Of a stretch of 64,000 bases of DNA, positions 51,203-61,567 are shown one piece after another. The stretch comes from Alphaproteobacteria bacterium (GTDB lineage: Bacteria; Pseudomonadota; Alphaproteobacteria; UBA7887). The stretch covers positions 1,408,001 to 1,472,000 of the forward strand of contig CBDCGL010000011.1 of the NCBI GenBank assembly GCA_965216755.1. Reading direction: 5' to 3'. The position numbers and the translations under genes were made by a program. A model generated the notes under the pieces. That model saw only the letters and a list, made by a program, of their open reading frames with translations, had not been told where the DNA came from and made no database searches. Within the stretch, counting starts at the first letter, position 1, and each line of letters starts with the position of its first letter.

Positions 51203-52375
51203 ATGAGAGCTGATCCGCTGGTCTTTCTTGTCGCGGGGGAACCATCCGGCGACGCTCTCGGCCAGCGATTGATGGCGGCGCTGCGCCAACAGACCAAGAA
51301 TCGTATTAGATTCGCTGGCGTCGGCGGCGAAAGGATGGCCGCGGAAGGTCTGGTAAGTCTGTTCCCCATGAAGGAACTCAGCCTAATGGGCTTGGCCGAA
51401 ATCTTGCCCCATGTGCCGCGATTATTGGGGCGCCTTCATCAGACCGCCGAAACCATCAGATGCGCGCCACCCGACATTGTCGTGACCATTGATTCCCCTG
51501 GGTTTTGTTTGCGATTGGCATCGCGTGTGCGTGGACTTGGTATCCCGATCTTTCACTATGTCGCACCCCAGCTCTGGGCGTGGCGGCCGGGCCGCGCGCG
51601 TAAATTGGCCAACTCGGTAGACCACCTGATGGCGCTTTTGCCTTTCGAACCCGAGTTTTTCGCGCGCGTCGGCTTGAAATGCAGTTTTGTCGGCCACCCC
51701 ATTGTCGAATCCAATGTTCGCGAAGGGAACGCCGCGCGCTTTCGGAAACGGCACAACCTGTCGATTGAGAGGCCGGTGATCGCTGTGCTACCCGGCAGTC
51801 GCAGCACAGAAGTAACTCGTCTCGTGCCGGTGTTCTGGCGCGCATTGCGGTTATTAGCCGATCGCCACCGCGACCTAACCGTCGTCATACCGGCGGCCGA
51901 ACCTGTCCGTGATCGCATCGAGAACGCCGTCAATAACTGCCCCGTCCGCGCGATTATCGTGACAGACGCGCAGGACAAAGCCGACGCCTATGCGGCGAGC
52001 GCCGCGGCACTGACCAAATCCGGAACCGTGACCTTGGAACTGGCCCTTGCTGGCGTGCCAATGGTTGTCACCTACCGCATCAACCGCTTAACCGCCATGA
52101 TTATCCGACGCCTGATCAAAGTGGAACAAGTCGCCCTGATCAATCTCATTGGCGCGCAGCCAATCGTCCCCGAGTTGCTGCAAGAACATTGCACACCCGG
52201 CGCACTTGCCGACGCAATCGATGTATTGTTAACGGACCCAGACGCAGCGGCACGCCAAAGGGCGGGTTTTCGCGACGTGCTGCGGCGTTTGGGAGACGCC
52301 CCGCCGCCGCCAAGCACGCGCGCCGCCGACCTGATATTGGCCGCCATCGCCGAACGAAGCGCGGCGAAACCGTAA
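51203..52375 (+). CDS. lpxB: lipid-A-disaccharide synthase
   Basis: VAGEPSGD, IDSPGF, YVAPQLWAWR, LPFE, VGHP, LPGSR, SGTVTLE, PELLQ. Confidence 0.95.
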   Translation: MRADPLVFLVAGEPSGDALGQRLMAALRQQTKNRIRFAGVGGERMAAEGLVSLFPMKELSLMGLAEILPHVPRLLGRLHQTAETIRCAPPDIVVTIDSPGFCLRLASRVRGLGIPIFHYVAPQLWAWRPGRARKLANSVDHLMALLPFEPEFFARVGLKCSFVGHPIVESNVREGNAARFRKRHNLSIERPVIAVLPGSRSTEVTRLVPVFWRALRLLADRHRDLTVVIPAAEPVRDRIENAVNNCPVRAIIVTDAQDKADAYAASAAALTKSGTVTLELALAGVPMVVTYRINRLTAMIIRRLIKVEQVALINLIGAQPIVPELLQEHCTPGALADAIDVLLTDPDAAARQRAGFRDVLRRLGDAPPPPSTRAADLILAAIAERSAAKP

Positions 52376-52376
52376 T

Positions 52377-53060
52377 TCACCTATTCATGTTTCGACACAG
52401 CAGGAAAATCGACCGACAACCGGCGGTAAAATCCTGCCGACGAACATCATATCCAGCCTCTGTGACGAGGTTACGCAAGCGCGGCACCGTAAAGCCACGA
52501 TAGCCGATTTCCCACTTATGCGGCTCCCAACCGTCGGCAGCCGGCGCTGGAAATTCGGTCAGAAAGCGGAACTTCTTCAGCGCGCTCCGTTTACGCCAAA
52601 CGTACCGATTGAGATACGTCGAGAAACTGACCTGAAAACCTTCGTAGGGCACCGAAATTAGCAGCCATGGGACTTCGGACGCGGAGAATCGGGCCAACAC
52701 ATCACCAACCTGCGACCAGGGGATGTGTTCCAGCGTCTCGCAGCAGACGATTACGTCGTGCCCCATTAACCGCTCTGGTGTCACATTCCGGACATCACCT
52801 TGAATGTGACGAGTCACGCCGGGCACCCGCGGTTCCGGCGCCACATCGAGCGTTGTTACCCGATATCCGGCGTTGATCATCATGGCGCTGACCAACCCAA
52901 GATAGGGCCCAACCTCCAGCACCTTCTCTATGTCCAGCTCCTTCAGCATATGGACTTGCTGCCACTGGTGCACAACACGCTTTTCGGAGTAGTAGGCGTA
53001 CCATCGGGATCTGTGCTCGGCCGACATGGCGGAGTTCACCGATCGCGCCGACGCGGTCAC
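52377..53060 (-). CDS. class I SAM-dependent methyltransferase
   Basis: VLEVGPYLG, TLD, DVIVCCETLEH, HKWEIG; start overlaps upstream stop (GTGA). Confidence 0.8.
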   Translation of the reverse strand: MTASARSVNSAMSAEHRSRWYAYYSEKRVVHQWQQVHMLKELDIEKVLEVGPYLGLVSAMMINAGYRVTTLDVAPEPRVPGVTRHIQGDVRNVTPERLMGHDVIVCCETLEHIPWSQVGDVLARFSASEVPWLLISVPYEGFQVSFSTYLNRYVWRKRSALKKFRFLTEFPAPAADGWEPHKWEIGYRGFTVPRLRNLVTEAGYDVRRQDFTAGCRSIFLLCRNMNR

Positions 53061-54037
53061 CGCAACGATTCCCCTGCGGCGGCAATCAACGCAGCATGTG
53101 CTCGCAGACTCTCTGTCACGCGAACCGCGGCGTCTAAGGCACGGACGCCGTCGTGGCCGCTGACCAGCGGTGGCGTGCCCTCCACAATAGACTGCAAGAA
53201 AGCACCGATGGATTGGCGTAAAGGATCGGCGTCGGCAAAGCTCTCCGTCGTGGTCACGACCTTCGGCATGGCCTCGACCGGACGCGGCCCGGCAAGCGCC
53301 ACCTTACGTATGCTGTGCGCGTCGAAATCCACCGTCAGGTAGCAATCGCGCTGAAAAACGCGCATACGCCGTTCGGTCTTCAGACTGATGCGGCTGGCGG
53401 TAATATTCGCTATACATCCATTAGTGAACTTCAATCTCGCATTCGCAATATCCTCACTGGCAGATACCACGGGCGCGCCGGCCGCGTCGACCGACTCCAG
53501 GGGTGATTCGACGAATGCCATGATCAAGTCCAGATCGTGGATCATCAAATCCAAAACGACATTGATGTCCATGCTGCGCGGTTTAAACGGCGCAATGCGG
53601 ATCGATTCAACGTAAAGTGGCCGCACCAAATGCTGTCGCAACGCTTGCGCGGCACCCGAAAATCGGACCAGATGGCCGACCTGCAACACACGCCGTTGGT
53701 CACGAGCCAGCGACACTAAATCTTCGGCTTCCGCAACCGTATGTGCGATTGGCTTTTCAACCAGCACATGGGCGCCGGATTCAAGAAAATCCTTGGCGAC
53801 CGTATGATGTTGAAGCGTCGGGACCGCGATAATTGCGGCATCGACCTGGGACAGCAGCTCGCGATAGTCAGCGACTGCCCGACACCCAAACTCCTGGCCG
53901 GCAGCAGCCCGCACCGCCGGATCGATATCAGCGATCGCGACCAGCTCAGCGGAATCAAGCGCGCTCAACTTCTGTACGTGGTAGCGACCAAAATGGCCGA
54001 CACCGACAACCACGACACGCACCTTAGAACCAGACAT
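53057..54037 (-). CDS. Gfo/Idh/MocA oxidoreductase, GnnA-like UDP-GlcNAc 3-dehydrogenase
   Basis: GVGHFGRYH, HVLVEKP, LQVGH, DINVVLDLMIHDLD, DIANARL, ASRIS; close to lpxB. Confidence 0.8.
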   Translation of the reverse strand: MSGSKVRVVVVGVGHFGRYHVQKLSALDSAELVAIADIDPAVRAAAGQEFGCRAVADYRELLSQVDAAIIAVPTLQHHTVAKDFLESGAHVLVEKPIAHTVAEAEDLVSLARDQRRVLQVGHLVRFSGAAQALRQHLVRPLYVESIRIAPFKPRSMDINVVLDLMIHDLDLIMAFVESPLESVDAAGAPVVSASEDIANARLKFTNGCIANITASRISLKTERRMRVFQRDCYLTVDFDAHSIRKVALAGPRPVEAMPKVVTTTESFADADPLRQSIGAFLQSIVEGTPPLVSGHDGVRALDAAVRVTESLRAHAALIAAAGESLR

Positions 54038-54130
54038 TGACACACGTTCGGAAGCCTGCACCGAGGCTCCGTCCCATAGCGGCGAACGCGCCTCTATACC
54101 ACGTTCGCCGGCCCGCTGCCGATTCGCTGG

Positions 54131-54697
54131 CTACATCTCGATACGCACCACATTGTAGAAGCTGTCCGATCGCACGTCAGCCGTGGTCGTCAGATAGATC
54201 TGCACGCGTCCGCTCTTGTAGAATTTGGCAAATCCCGGCGGGTTTTGACGCAATGTCGAACCGCGCCATCGGCCACCGCCGCTGACCGAGGTCAGCAGGC
54301 ACCGATCGACCCTGTGTCCCAGATCTAGGATCTCTTGCTTAAAACGCGCCTCTGCCTGCCACCCGCCGGCGCGCCCCCGACATTCATAGGCCGCACCAAT
54401 GACTTCCGTGACCCGACATTGATTAGTGCCCGGCAAGTCAACGATGCCGCGCCAGGATTGGCGATCGAGTTGCGGTCCTTTGAGGCCCGCGAAATCCTCA
54501 AATGCGTGAAAGACGATTTCCTTAAGCGCCGCGCAGAAATCGTCGTACGACCGCGCGATCGCGCGCTCCTCAATGCCCGGTACGACGGCCGCTACCGCGG
54601 TGCGGTCTTCTTGTGCGGCGGCCGGCACCAGCAAGATCGTTCCAAAATAGGCCGCTGCGGATAAGCGAACACCTATCCATCTCAAGTTGCACAACAT
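54131..54697 (-). CDS. hypothetical exported protein
   Basis: Signal peptide (LLVPAAAQ), four spaced Cys; GGAGG RBS. Confidence 0.6.
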   Translation of the reverse strand: MLCNLRWIGVRLSAAAYFGTILLVPAAAQEDRTAVAAVVPGIEERAIARSYDDFCAALKEIVFHAFEDFAGLKGPQLDRQSWRGIVDLPGTNQCRVTEVIGAAYECRGRAGGWQAEARFKQEILDLGHRVDRCLLTSVSGGGRWRGSTLRQNPPGFAKFYKSGRVQIYLTTTADVRSDSFYNVVRIEM

Positions 54698-55030
54698 AGG
54701 GCCCCACCCTCCCTTGGTGTCACTCTCGGTCGGCTATCGGCTCTGCTGACCGCGTGGTTCGGTTTCTCTTGTCCCGTTCTGCCACCGCCGCGCCGACCGG
54801 CCTGCCATCCATCGATCGGCTTTGCTGGCGACAAGCAGTCACCTCGAACCTTTAGCCAATAGTGATGATAGCCACGATCCGGCGTTTGACCTGTGTCTTT
54901 CTTGGAACAATTGCCGCAGTAGCGGGTGAAACGCGGGATCTGGTCGCCTGTGCGAATATGCTAAAACTTCTGAAAATTGCCGCTTAATTTTTTGAAACGA
55001 ATAACTTATTTTCTCTCAAAAGATGCACAG

Positions 55031-56554
55031 CTAATGGGCGGCCAAAGGCAATTCTATGCGAATGGCAAATCCACCCTCGTGACGATTGTGCGCACTGACT
55101 CGGCCACCCAACGCTTCGATGTTGCGGCGGACAACCCACAACCCAATACCATAATGTGCGTGCGCCTCAGGTGTCGTGCCGTCATGGCCATTGCCCGCAC
55201 CGCTGCCGTTGGCGTTCTTTTTTCGATACGAAAAGTAACGTTCGAACACTTTCTCGGCCATGTCGCTCGGCATGCCCGGACCGTCGTCTGTCACCGCGAT
55301 GCGGACCACGCCTTTCGTTTTCACAGCTGAGATCTGAACCAATCCACCATGCGGTGAAAATCCAATGGCATTGTCCAGAATGTTCTCGATCACCGTCTCC
55401 AACAACTCGGTCCCGCCGCGCACATAGACCCCTTCTTGAACACGCGCCGCGACCAATACATCGTTGACAATCGCCGCGCCCTTGTACTCGTCTGCCAACT
55501 CGTCGAGCAGCTCAGAAAGGTTTATGAGATCGCGCGGCGGATTGATCAAGTCGGCTGTCGATTCTTCCAGACGCCGGGCCGCGGATACCAACGTATCAAG
55601 GCGGTCGACCGATGATTCGAGATTCTCGAGCGCCCGACGGCTGCGCGCGTCGCCCCCCCTGACGGATCGCTTGAGGGGCTCCAGCGACTGCCGAATAATC
55701 GACAGCGGTGTCTTAAAGGCATGGGCATTCTCTTCGGCGGCATCGCGAATGGATTGCGCCGAATGACGCAACGTGCCAACCAGACGGTCAAACTCCTCGG
55801 CCACACTGCCGAGTTCGGGCATGCTGTTCAAGGATGCGAACGACGGCGCGTCGCTTGCTTTGATGCGGATCTCACGGGCGGCCTTCGTGAATCTCCCAAG
55901 GCCGCGCCAGATGCCTGCAAACAAAGTCAAAATCAAGACGGCCATGAGCACATAGACGGCGGCAGCGGCTTGAATTTCGCCGCTCTGCCAATAGGGCTTG
56001 GTGATCGACGAACCGAGCAGATCACCGACGGAACGCGACGTGATCACCACCCAACATCCCGAACCGGCGGTTATCGGTGTGATCGATGTTAGGATCTCAG
56101 CCTCGCCAGCCGGGTTGATGTATCGGATGGCAAGGCTTTTCTTGCCATCGCATGTGTCGCGCATTTTTTCCAACACGCCGGTGTTGATGAGTTCAGCGCG
56201 TTCCTTGTCGATATAGTCCGTGGGCACGCTCGGCGACGTCGCGACATAGTAAAAACTGTCAGAGCCACTTTCGCCTTTTGGACGAAACAGCAGCTTGATT
56301 CTGAGGTCTTCCATGTTCAGGCGCGAAAGCGCCGTATTCACTTCGGGAATTGCTTGCCCGCTAGTGTCAGCTTCAATGATGGGATACAGCGTGCGCGCCA
56401 CCAGCGCACCTTGCTCCTCGACAAGCTTGAGCAATAGGCTGCGGCGCTCATCGTCACCGGCTTTGAATTGCCAATAAAGAAACAATGGTACCGCAAAAAA
56501 AATGGCGACGATGATCGCCAATTTCGCGGCCATCGAATTGAAGAAAGCCGGCAT
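55031..56554 (-). CDS. membrane sensor histidine kinase (ChvG-like)
   Basis: Two TM helices, HAMP-like linker, H-box AHAFKTPL, N-box ENILDNA, DDGPG, FERYFS, GIGL. Confidence 0.9.
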   Translation of the reverse strand: MPAFFNSMAAKLAIIVAIFFAVPLFLYWQFKAGDDERRSLLLKLVEEQGALVARTLYPIIEADTSGQAIPEVNTALSRLNMEDLRIKLLFRPKGESGSDSFYYVATSPSVPTDYIDKERAELINTGVLEKMRDTCDGKKSLAIRYINPAGEAEILTSITPITAGSGCWVVITSRSVGDLLGSSITKPYWQSGEIQAAAAVYVLMAVLILTLFAGIWRGLGRFTKAAREIRIKASDAPSFASLNSMPELGSVAEEFDRLVGTLRHSAQSIRDAAEENAHAFKTPLSIIRQSLEPLKRSVRGGDARSRRALENLESSVDRLDTLVSAARRLEESTADLINPPRDLINLSELLDELADEYKGAAIVNDVLVAARVQEGVYVRGGTELLETVIENILDNAIGFSPHGGLVQISAVKTKGVVRIAVTDDGPGMPSDMAEKVFERYFSYRKKNANGSGAGNGHDGTTPEAHAHYGIGLWVVRRNIEALGGRVSAHNRHEGGFAIRIELPLAAH

Positions 56555-56693
56555 CACCAACCGGTCTACCTTCGCCCAAGAGGCCGTAAACGGCGTGTCG
56601 AACAAGGCGAACCCACGCCGTCACTGCACCCCTGCACACTCATCACCAGGCGCCTCACAACGCGGCGCCCGCAGCACAACAGCACCAAAAGCT

Positions 56694-57470
56694 CTAGTCA
56701 GCCCCCACGCCACTGGGGCGCCAGCGGTAACCGAACCCCGGATAATTCTCGATCCGGTCAAAACTATCGTCGATCTCGCGGAATTTCTGTCGGATGCGCT
56801 TGATAAATGCCCGCACGTTCGCCCGATAACCGTCGGCGCCGGAACCCGATATGAACCCCTCACCATGGACAATGTCGTACAGGTCCCGATAGCGGATATC
56901 GCGGCCGGCCCGCGCGCTCATGAAATGAACGATCTTGAACTCGGTAAAACTGAGCTCTACTTGGGCCCCCTTCCACAAAGCACGACTGGTATCCAGATCA
57001 AGTGACAACTCATCTAGTTCCAGATGTTGCCCTGACTCGACATTGTCGTTGGCGTCTTCGCGCGACCGCCCTTTCGAACCGGCCAAGATCAAATCGATTC
57101 GCTTCAGAAGAATCGCAAAGCTCCGCGATTTCTCCACGAAATCGACGGCGCCGCCTTGCAGCGCCGCTTCCTCAAAAATCTGATCGCTGAGGACAGTCAA
57201 AAAGATCACAGGAACTTGGAGGCCGGATTCGCGCATCTCGCGAAGGACCTCGATACCGTTCATTTCGGGCATCTTCCAATCGAGCAGCACCAAATCGACG
57301 TCAGGTGAACCGCCTAAATATTGCAACGCTGTGCGCCCATCCGCGAAATTTTCGACGCAGAAATCGGCATCGACCAAGTTCTGGCCCAAGGATTCACGGA
57401 ACAACGGGTCATCATCAACGACAACAACCTTTTGTAGGGGCGTTAGTGTTTTACTGGCTTGAAGCTCCAT
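56694..57470 (-). CDS. OmpR-family response regulator (ChvI-like)
   Basis: VDDD, LLDWKMP, FLT, K; winged helix IKRIRQKF...IENYPGFGYRW. Confidence 0.92.
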   Translation of the reverse strand: MELQASKTLTPLQKVVVVDDDPLFRESLGQNLVDADFCVENFADGRTALQYLGGSPDVDLVLLDWKMPEMNGIEVLREMRESGLQVPVIFLTVLSDQIFEEAALQGGAVDFVEKSRSFAILLKRIDLILAGSKGRSREDANDNVESGQHLELDELSLDLDTSRALWKGAQVELSFTEFKIVHFMSARAGRDIRYRDLYDIVHGEGFISGSGADGYRANVRAFIKRIRQKFREIDDSFDRIENYPGFGYRWRPSGVGAD

Positions 57471-58017
57471 ATTCTGCCTGTATCTGGGACAAACACGCCA
57501 ATCTTGCCTGTTCGGAACTGTCCGTCACGGTTACGTCATAGGCCAAGGCGTGAAAACTGTCGCTCCCGATATCAAGATAGAAAAAAACATCGAGAGTGCA
57601 AAACTTTGAATCGTAAATCCAAACTTTTGCTGGCGGTTCTTCACGCACACTTGGCGGAATTCCGAGCAGGGCGACGGTTTGGTCTGGTTCCAGCCCGATG
57701 AGTTGATCCGGATCGAAAATCCCTGCATCGCTGTTCAAAGCCACCGGCTTCTCCAACGGATGTGGAAAATTAACCTCGGTCTCCTGTGGTTGCTCCTCAA
57801 CTGTTTCCGAGACGCTCGGAACCGGCCACTTCGGCGCTTGTGGCAACTCCGCCGTCGGCGTCATGGCTCGAACGTCCCGCTCGGCGGTATCGATTGTTGC
57901 GCCATCATCAAGCTTTGCGGTCTCCGGCGCCAGGCCGGGCGTACATGCCACGGCCGCCAGAGGCGAAGCATAGACGACAAGTCGCGCGAGCTTTCGCATG
58001 CTCTGCGGATTTAGCAC
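57451..58017 (-). CDS. hypothetical lipoprotein
   Basis: Lipobox AVAC, Pro-rich linker, LLG-x-P...W-x-Y motif resembling BamE/OsmE folds; overlaps the response regulator start. Confidence 0.65.
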   Translation of the reverse strand: MLNPQSMRKLARLVVYASPLAAVACTPGLAPETAKLDDGATIDTAERDVRAMTPTAELPQAPKWPVPSVSETVEEQPQETEVNFPHPLEKPVALNSDAGIFDPDQLIGLEPDQTVALLGIPPSVREEPPAKVWIYDSKFCTLDVFFYLDIGSDSFHALAYDVTVTDSSEQARLACLSQIQAEYGASSQ

Positions 58018-58317
58018 AAATTCTCGGCCTTCGAGACGCGGTAAACCAATGCCTTATCTCGTATCCACCGGAGCCCAAACCAAGTCCCATCGGACAGAAG
58101 TGTGATGACCGAACGCTTTCTACCCAGATTCATCACAGCTTGGTCACAATGCTGTCCCGGCGGTCCCACCACATGTTGAATGACGGAAGCTTTTTGCTGA
58201 CGCCAAGCAATACTCGCGAAAGATGTTTCAAGTTCTCGAAAAAATCAATCAATCATGTGGAGGGGAACAAGTCCAAGATCGCTGAAGACCCTGACAAACG
58301 ATAAAAAAAGGAATGCT

Positions 58318-58704
58318 ATGCACGACAATTCAGCGCTAATTGGACAAGCGTTTGGCGCGGGTCCAACGCGGTATCAGATCCGTTTCTCGGGGCCCGAACA
58401 AACCGGTGAAGAAACATTGCTGCTGACAGACGGGACAATTCGCGGTCTGGGCTGGTCTCGGGCACGCATAAATGGCATCTACAATGTCGACCCCAATGCC
58501 GGCGTCGTGGAACTGACCATGGCGATGACCCTGCCGCCGTTTCATTCTTCGGGATCGGAGGCAGGCAAAGGCTCGCTACGCCCACCTATCGTCATCAAGG
58601 CCGAGTTGCCCGCAGGGGCTGAGCGCCGGAGCCTGGTGGTGGACAGTCTGGACGGTCCCTACGCCATCGAACTCAAGAAATCTGGCGCCATTTCGGATCA
58701 CTAG
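58318..58704 (+). CDS. hypothetical protein (weak GrlR-like beta-barrel resemblance)
   Basis: AAGGA RBS; LTDGTIRG...GIY pattern. Confidence 0.5.
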   Translation: MHDNSALIGQAFGAGPTRYQIRFSGPEQTGEETLLLTDGTIRGLGWSRARINGIYNVDPNAGVVELTMAMTLPPFHSSGSEAGKGSLRPPIVIKAELPAGAERRSLVVDSLDGPYAIELKKSGAISDH

Positions 58705-58846
58705 AGCAGTCCGGGGTCAGCCGGTCCGCAGGCTCAAGCGGCGCCCTCAGCGCCGCACGAGCAAGCTAATAGTGCCCTTGGATCATGCGTGGCGATCCGA
58801 CGTCCGCTAATTTTGGACAAATAATAAAAGTACTTCCCGATAACTG

Positions 58847-58881
58847 AGGCCGTTGAGCAAAAGGCGGCCTGTCCTTTTTTT
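58847..58881 (+). terminator. putative intrinsic terminator
   Basis: AGGCCG...CGGCCT stem followed by GTCC and T7. Confidence 0.55.
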
Positions 58882-58912
58882 GCGAACTTCGCGGCGCCCG
58901 CCACAGGCGCCA

Positions 58913-61168
58913 TTAGTGCTGCGCGGAAACTGGCGTCGGCCTGCTCTCTCTCTCTGGCGCTGGATTATTGATCAATCCGACCCCTGTCCGCAGAATTGAC
59001 GGCAGCTCAGCGGCCGGCAGCGGCTTGCTGAAATAATAGCCCTGCGCCATTTCGCACCGATTCTCACGCAGAAATTGTACATGCTCGAGGGTCTCGACGC
59101 CCTCGGCGACCACATTGAGTCTCAGTTTGTGCGCAACGCTGATGATCGCGGCGGCAATGGCCGCGTCGTCGGCACTAGTGGTCACATCGCTGACGAAAGA
59201 TCGATCAATTTTGAGCGTGTCAATCGGCAGCCGCTTCAAATAACTCATGGACGAATATCCCGTTCCAAAATCATCGATCGACACGCGAATCGCCATATCC
59301 CGCATCACACTCAAGATGTCGGCGACCTTATCGGGTTCCCGCATCAGGAGCCCCTCGGTGATCTCCAGTTCCAAATTGCCGGGAGGCATGCCTGTGGCGG
59401 CCAGTGCCCGCGCCACAGCACCGGAAAGCGACCCCCGGGCAAATTGGTACGCCGAGACGTTCACCGCAATTGTGATCGGATCTATGCCCGACTCGAACCA
59501 ATCCTGAGCCGTACGGCAGGCCTCGTGGAGAACCCATTCACCGATAGGTACAATCAGACCGGTTTCCTCAGCGATCGGAATAAATTCGGCCGGCGGGACT
59601 AAGCCGCGCTCTGGATGGGACCAGCGAATTAGCGCTTCAGCACCAACGATCTGGCCATTGCCCAAATCGACCTTGGGTTGGAAGTGCAATGTGAATTCGT
59701 CGTTGTCCAAAGCCGACCGCAATTCCGATTCCACCAATAGCCGCGTTCGAGATCTTTCATTAATCTCAGGCTTGAAATAGGCGGCGACGTTCTTGCCCTG
59801 TTCCTTGGCCGTGTACATTGCGGCGTCGGCGTGCTGGACCAGTTCTCCGCCCAACGTGGCATCATCGGGATACAACGCAACGCCGATGCTGGCCGTAACA
59901 CACACATTTCGATCGCCCAATTTGATCGGCAGTGCGACACTTTCTAAGATCTTGCTCAGCACCAGGTCGGCGTTGACCTCTGATTTGAGACCCGGCAGGA
60001 TAATGGCGAATTCATCACCGCCGAACCGGGCCACGGTGTCGCTACTGCGCGTACACGCAGAGAGTCGTTCCGATATTTCCTTTAGCAGCTCGTCGCCGAC
60101 CGTATGACCCAGTGTATCATTGACATACTTGAAACCGTCCAGATCCAGCAACAGCAGGGCCAGTTTTTTGTCGTCGCGCGCGGCCAGCCCAAGTGAGCGC
60201 TCCAAATACTCGCTGAACAGATGTCGGTTTGGCAGGCCGGTCAACAAATCGTAGCTTGCGCTCTTGTGGGCCCGACGTTCGGCTTCGATTTGTGCCGTAA
60301 TAAGCTGAGCAAAAATTGCAATGCCACCAATGTCGCCTTCCGTCGTCCACCATGGTCTCGCTTGCCATCGAAACCAGTCTTCGCGCCCATCGCGCCAAAC
60401 AATACGATCAGATTCGCGCTGCTCGATGCTGCCAGTCATGCAATGTGCGTGTAGGGTCTCCCATTCCTCGGTGTCAAATTCTAGCAAGTCGTAGAGCCGG
60501 CGATCGGATAGGTTGGCATCATCGAGACGCAGATCGGTAAGCCACCGTTGACTTGCGGCCACATGGCGCATGCCGCGGTCAAACATAGCGATTGCAGCCG
60601 GCGTGTGCTCAATCAATAGGCGCAGTTTTTCTTGTTCATCGCGCAAGGTCGACTGTTGCTGCATCAAACTGGTGATATCGGCAACGGTCATGACGAGACC
60701 GTCATCCGCCACCGGCGCAACCCTCACCTTGGCGACGCCGCTGTCCGATCCATAGTGGATAAATTCGCTGATCTCGCCACTGCAAAGCACCTGGAGCTGT
60801 TCGGCCACGAAAAGATCGACATCCTCGCCGTCCGAAACGGTGTGCGCCGCGGCAGCACCAATGAGCGCCTCGATCGTTGTACCAGGTTCTGTCAAATCAT
60901 CTGGAACTCCATAAATTTCGCCGAAACGGCGATTGCAGATCACTAGCCGCAATTGTGCGTCGAAAATCGCAACCCCGTCGGAGATATTGTTCAAGATGGT
61001 TTCATTGACGATCGCCTGATCCGTCACTGTCGTGTCTGCGGAAATACTTTGGCGGTTGGGGCCGGATCTGCTGGGCGCGGTGCTAACAGCGGTAGACGGC
61101 ATGGCGCCGATGACATTTTGCGGTGGCATGGTCCGGGTACGGGCTGCTTGTGGCTTTGCGTCTTTCAC
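58913..61168 (-). CDS. PAS-PAS-GGDEF-EAL diguanylate cyclase/phosphodiesterase
   Basis: Two PAS-like segments, DLLTGLPNR, RFGGDEF, EALIRW, DDFGTGYSS, QGYYFSKP. Confidence 0.93.
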   Translation of the reverse strand: MKDAKPQAARTRTMPPQNVIGAMPSTAVSTAPSRSGPNRQSISADTTVTDQAIVNETILNNISDGVAIFDAQLRLVICNRRFGEIYGVPDDLTEPGTTIEALIGAAAAHTVSDGEDVDLFVAEQLQVLCSGEISEFIHYGSDSGVAKVRVAPVADDGLVMTVADITSLMQQQSTLRDEQEKLRLLIEHTPAAIAMFDRGMRHVAASQRWLTDLRLDDANLSDRRLYDLLEFDTEEWETLHAHCMTGSIEQRESDRIVWRDGREDWFRWQARPWWTTEGDIGGIAIFAQLITAQIEAERRAHKSASYDLLTGLPNRHLFSEYLERSLGLAARDDKKLALLLLDLDGFKYVNDTLGHTVGDELLKEISERLSACTRSSDTVARFGGDEFAIILPGLKSEVNADLVLSKILESVALPIKLGDRNVCVTASIGVALYPDDATLGGELVQHADAAMYTAKEQGKNVAAYFKPEINERSRTRLLVESELRSALDNDEFTLHFQPKVDLGNGQIVGAEALIRWSHPERGLVPPAEFIPIAEETGLIVPIGEWVLHEACRTAQDWFESGIDPITIAVNVSAYQFARGSLSGAVARALAATGMPPGNLELEITEGLLMREPDKVADILSVMRDMAIRVSIDDFGTGYSSMSYLKRLPIDTLKIDRSFVSDVTTSADDAAIAAAIISVAHKLRLNVVAEGVETLEHVQFLRENRCEMAQGYYFSKPLPAAELPSILRTGVGLINNPAPERESRPTPVSAQH

Positions 61169-61567
61169 TCACTGCTCCTGGCCGCAGAAACACGAAACAG
61201 CCCTGGCAACACCATGCGCCGGGCTCGCTCCAGCGCCATGGCACGGGCGCCCGCAATCCATATAGATCGACTTCTTCATGTTTCATTAAGCGCAACGGCG
61301 CGTCCGCGGAGACCCGCTAGAGCCGACGAAATTCCGAGGAAATGAAACCGGAGCGAGTGGGGATTTTGTGATGCCAGTCACAATTGGCAGCAGCGCGAGG
61401 GTTCAACCATTGTCCGGTCGAGCCAAGGCCGAAGCGGTCTGGCAGATATGGACGGGTGGATCGCGCATGCCATAATGGCGCGGTCCCCGTGCCGCGGCGC
61501 CGCCGGCGCCTGTGTCACGGAACCGGCGCAGCTGATCTTTTCGTCGAACAACCCGCGGAGACGCCTG

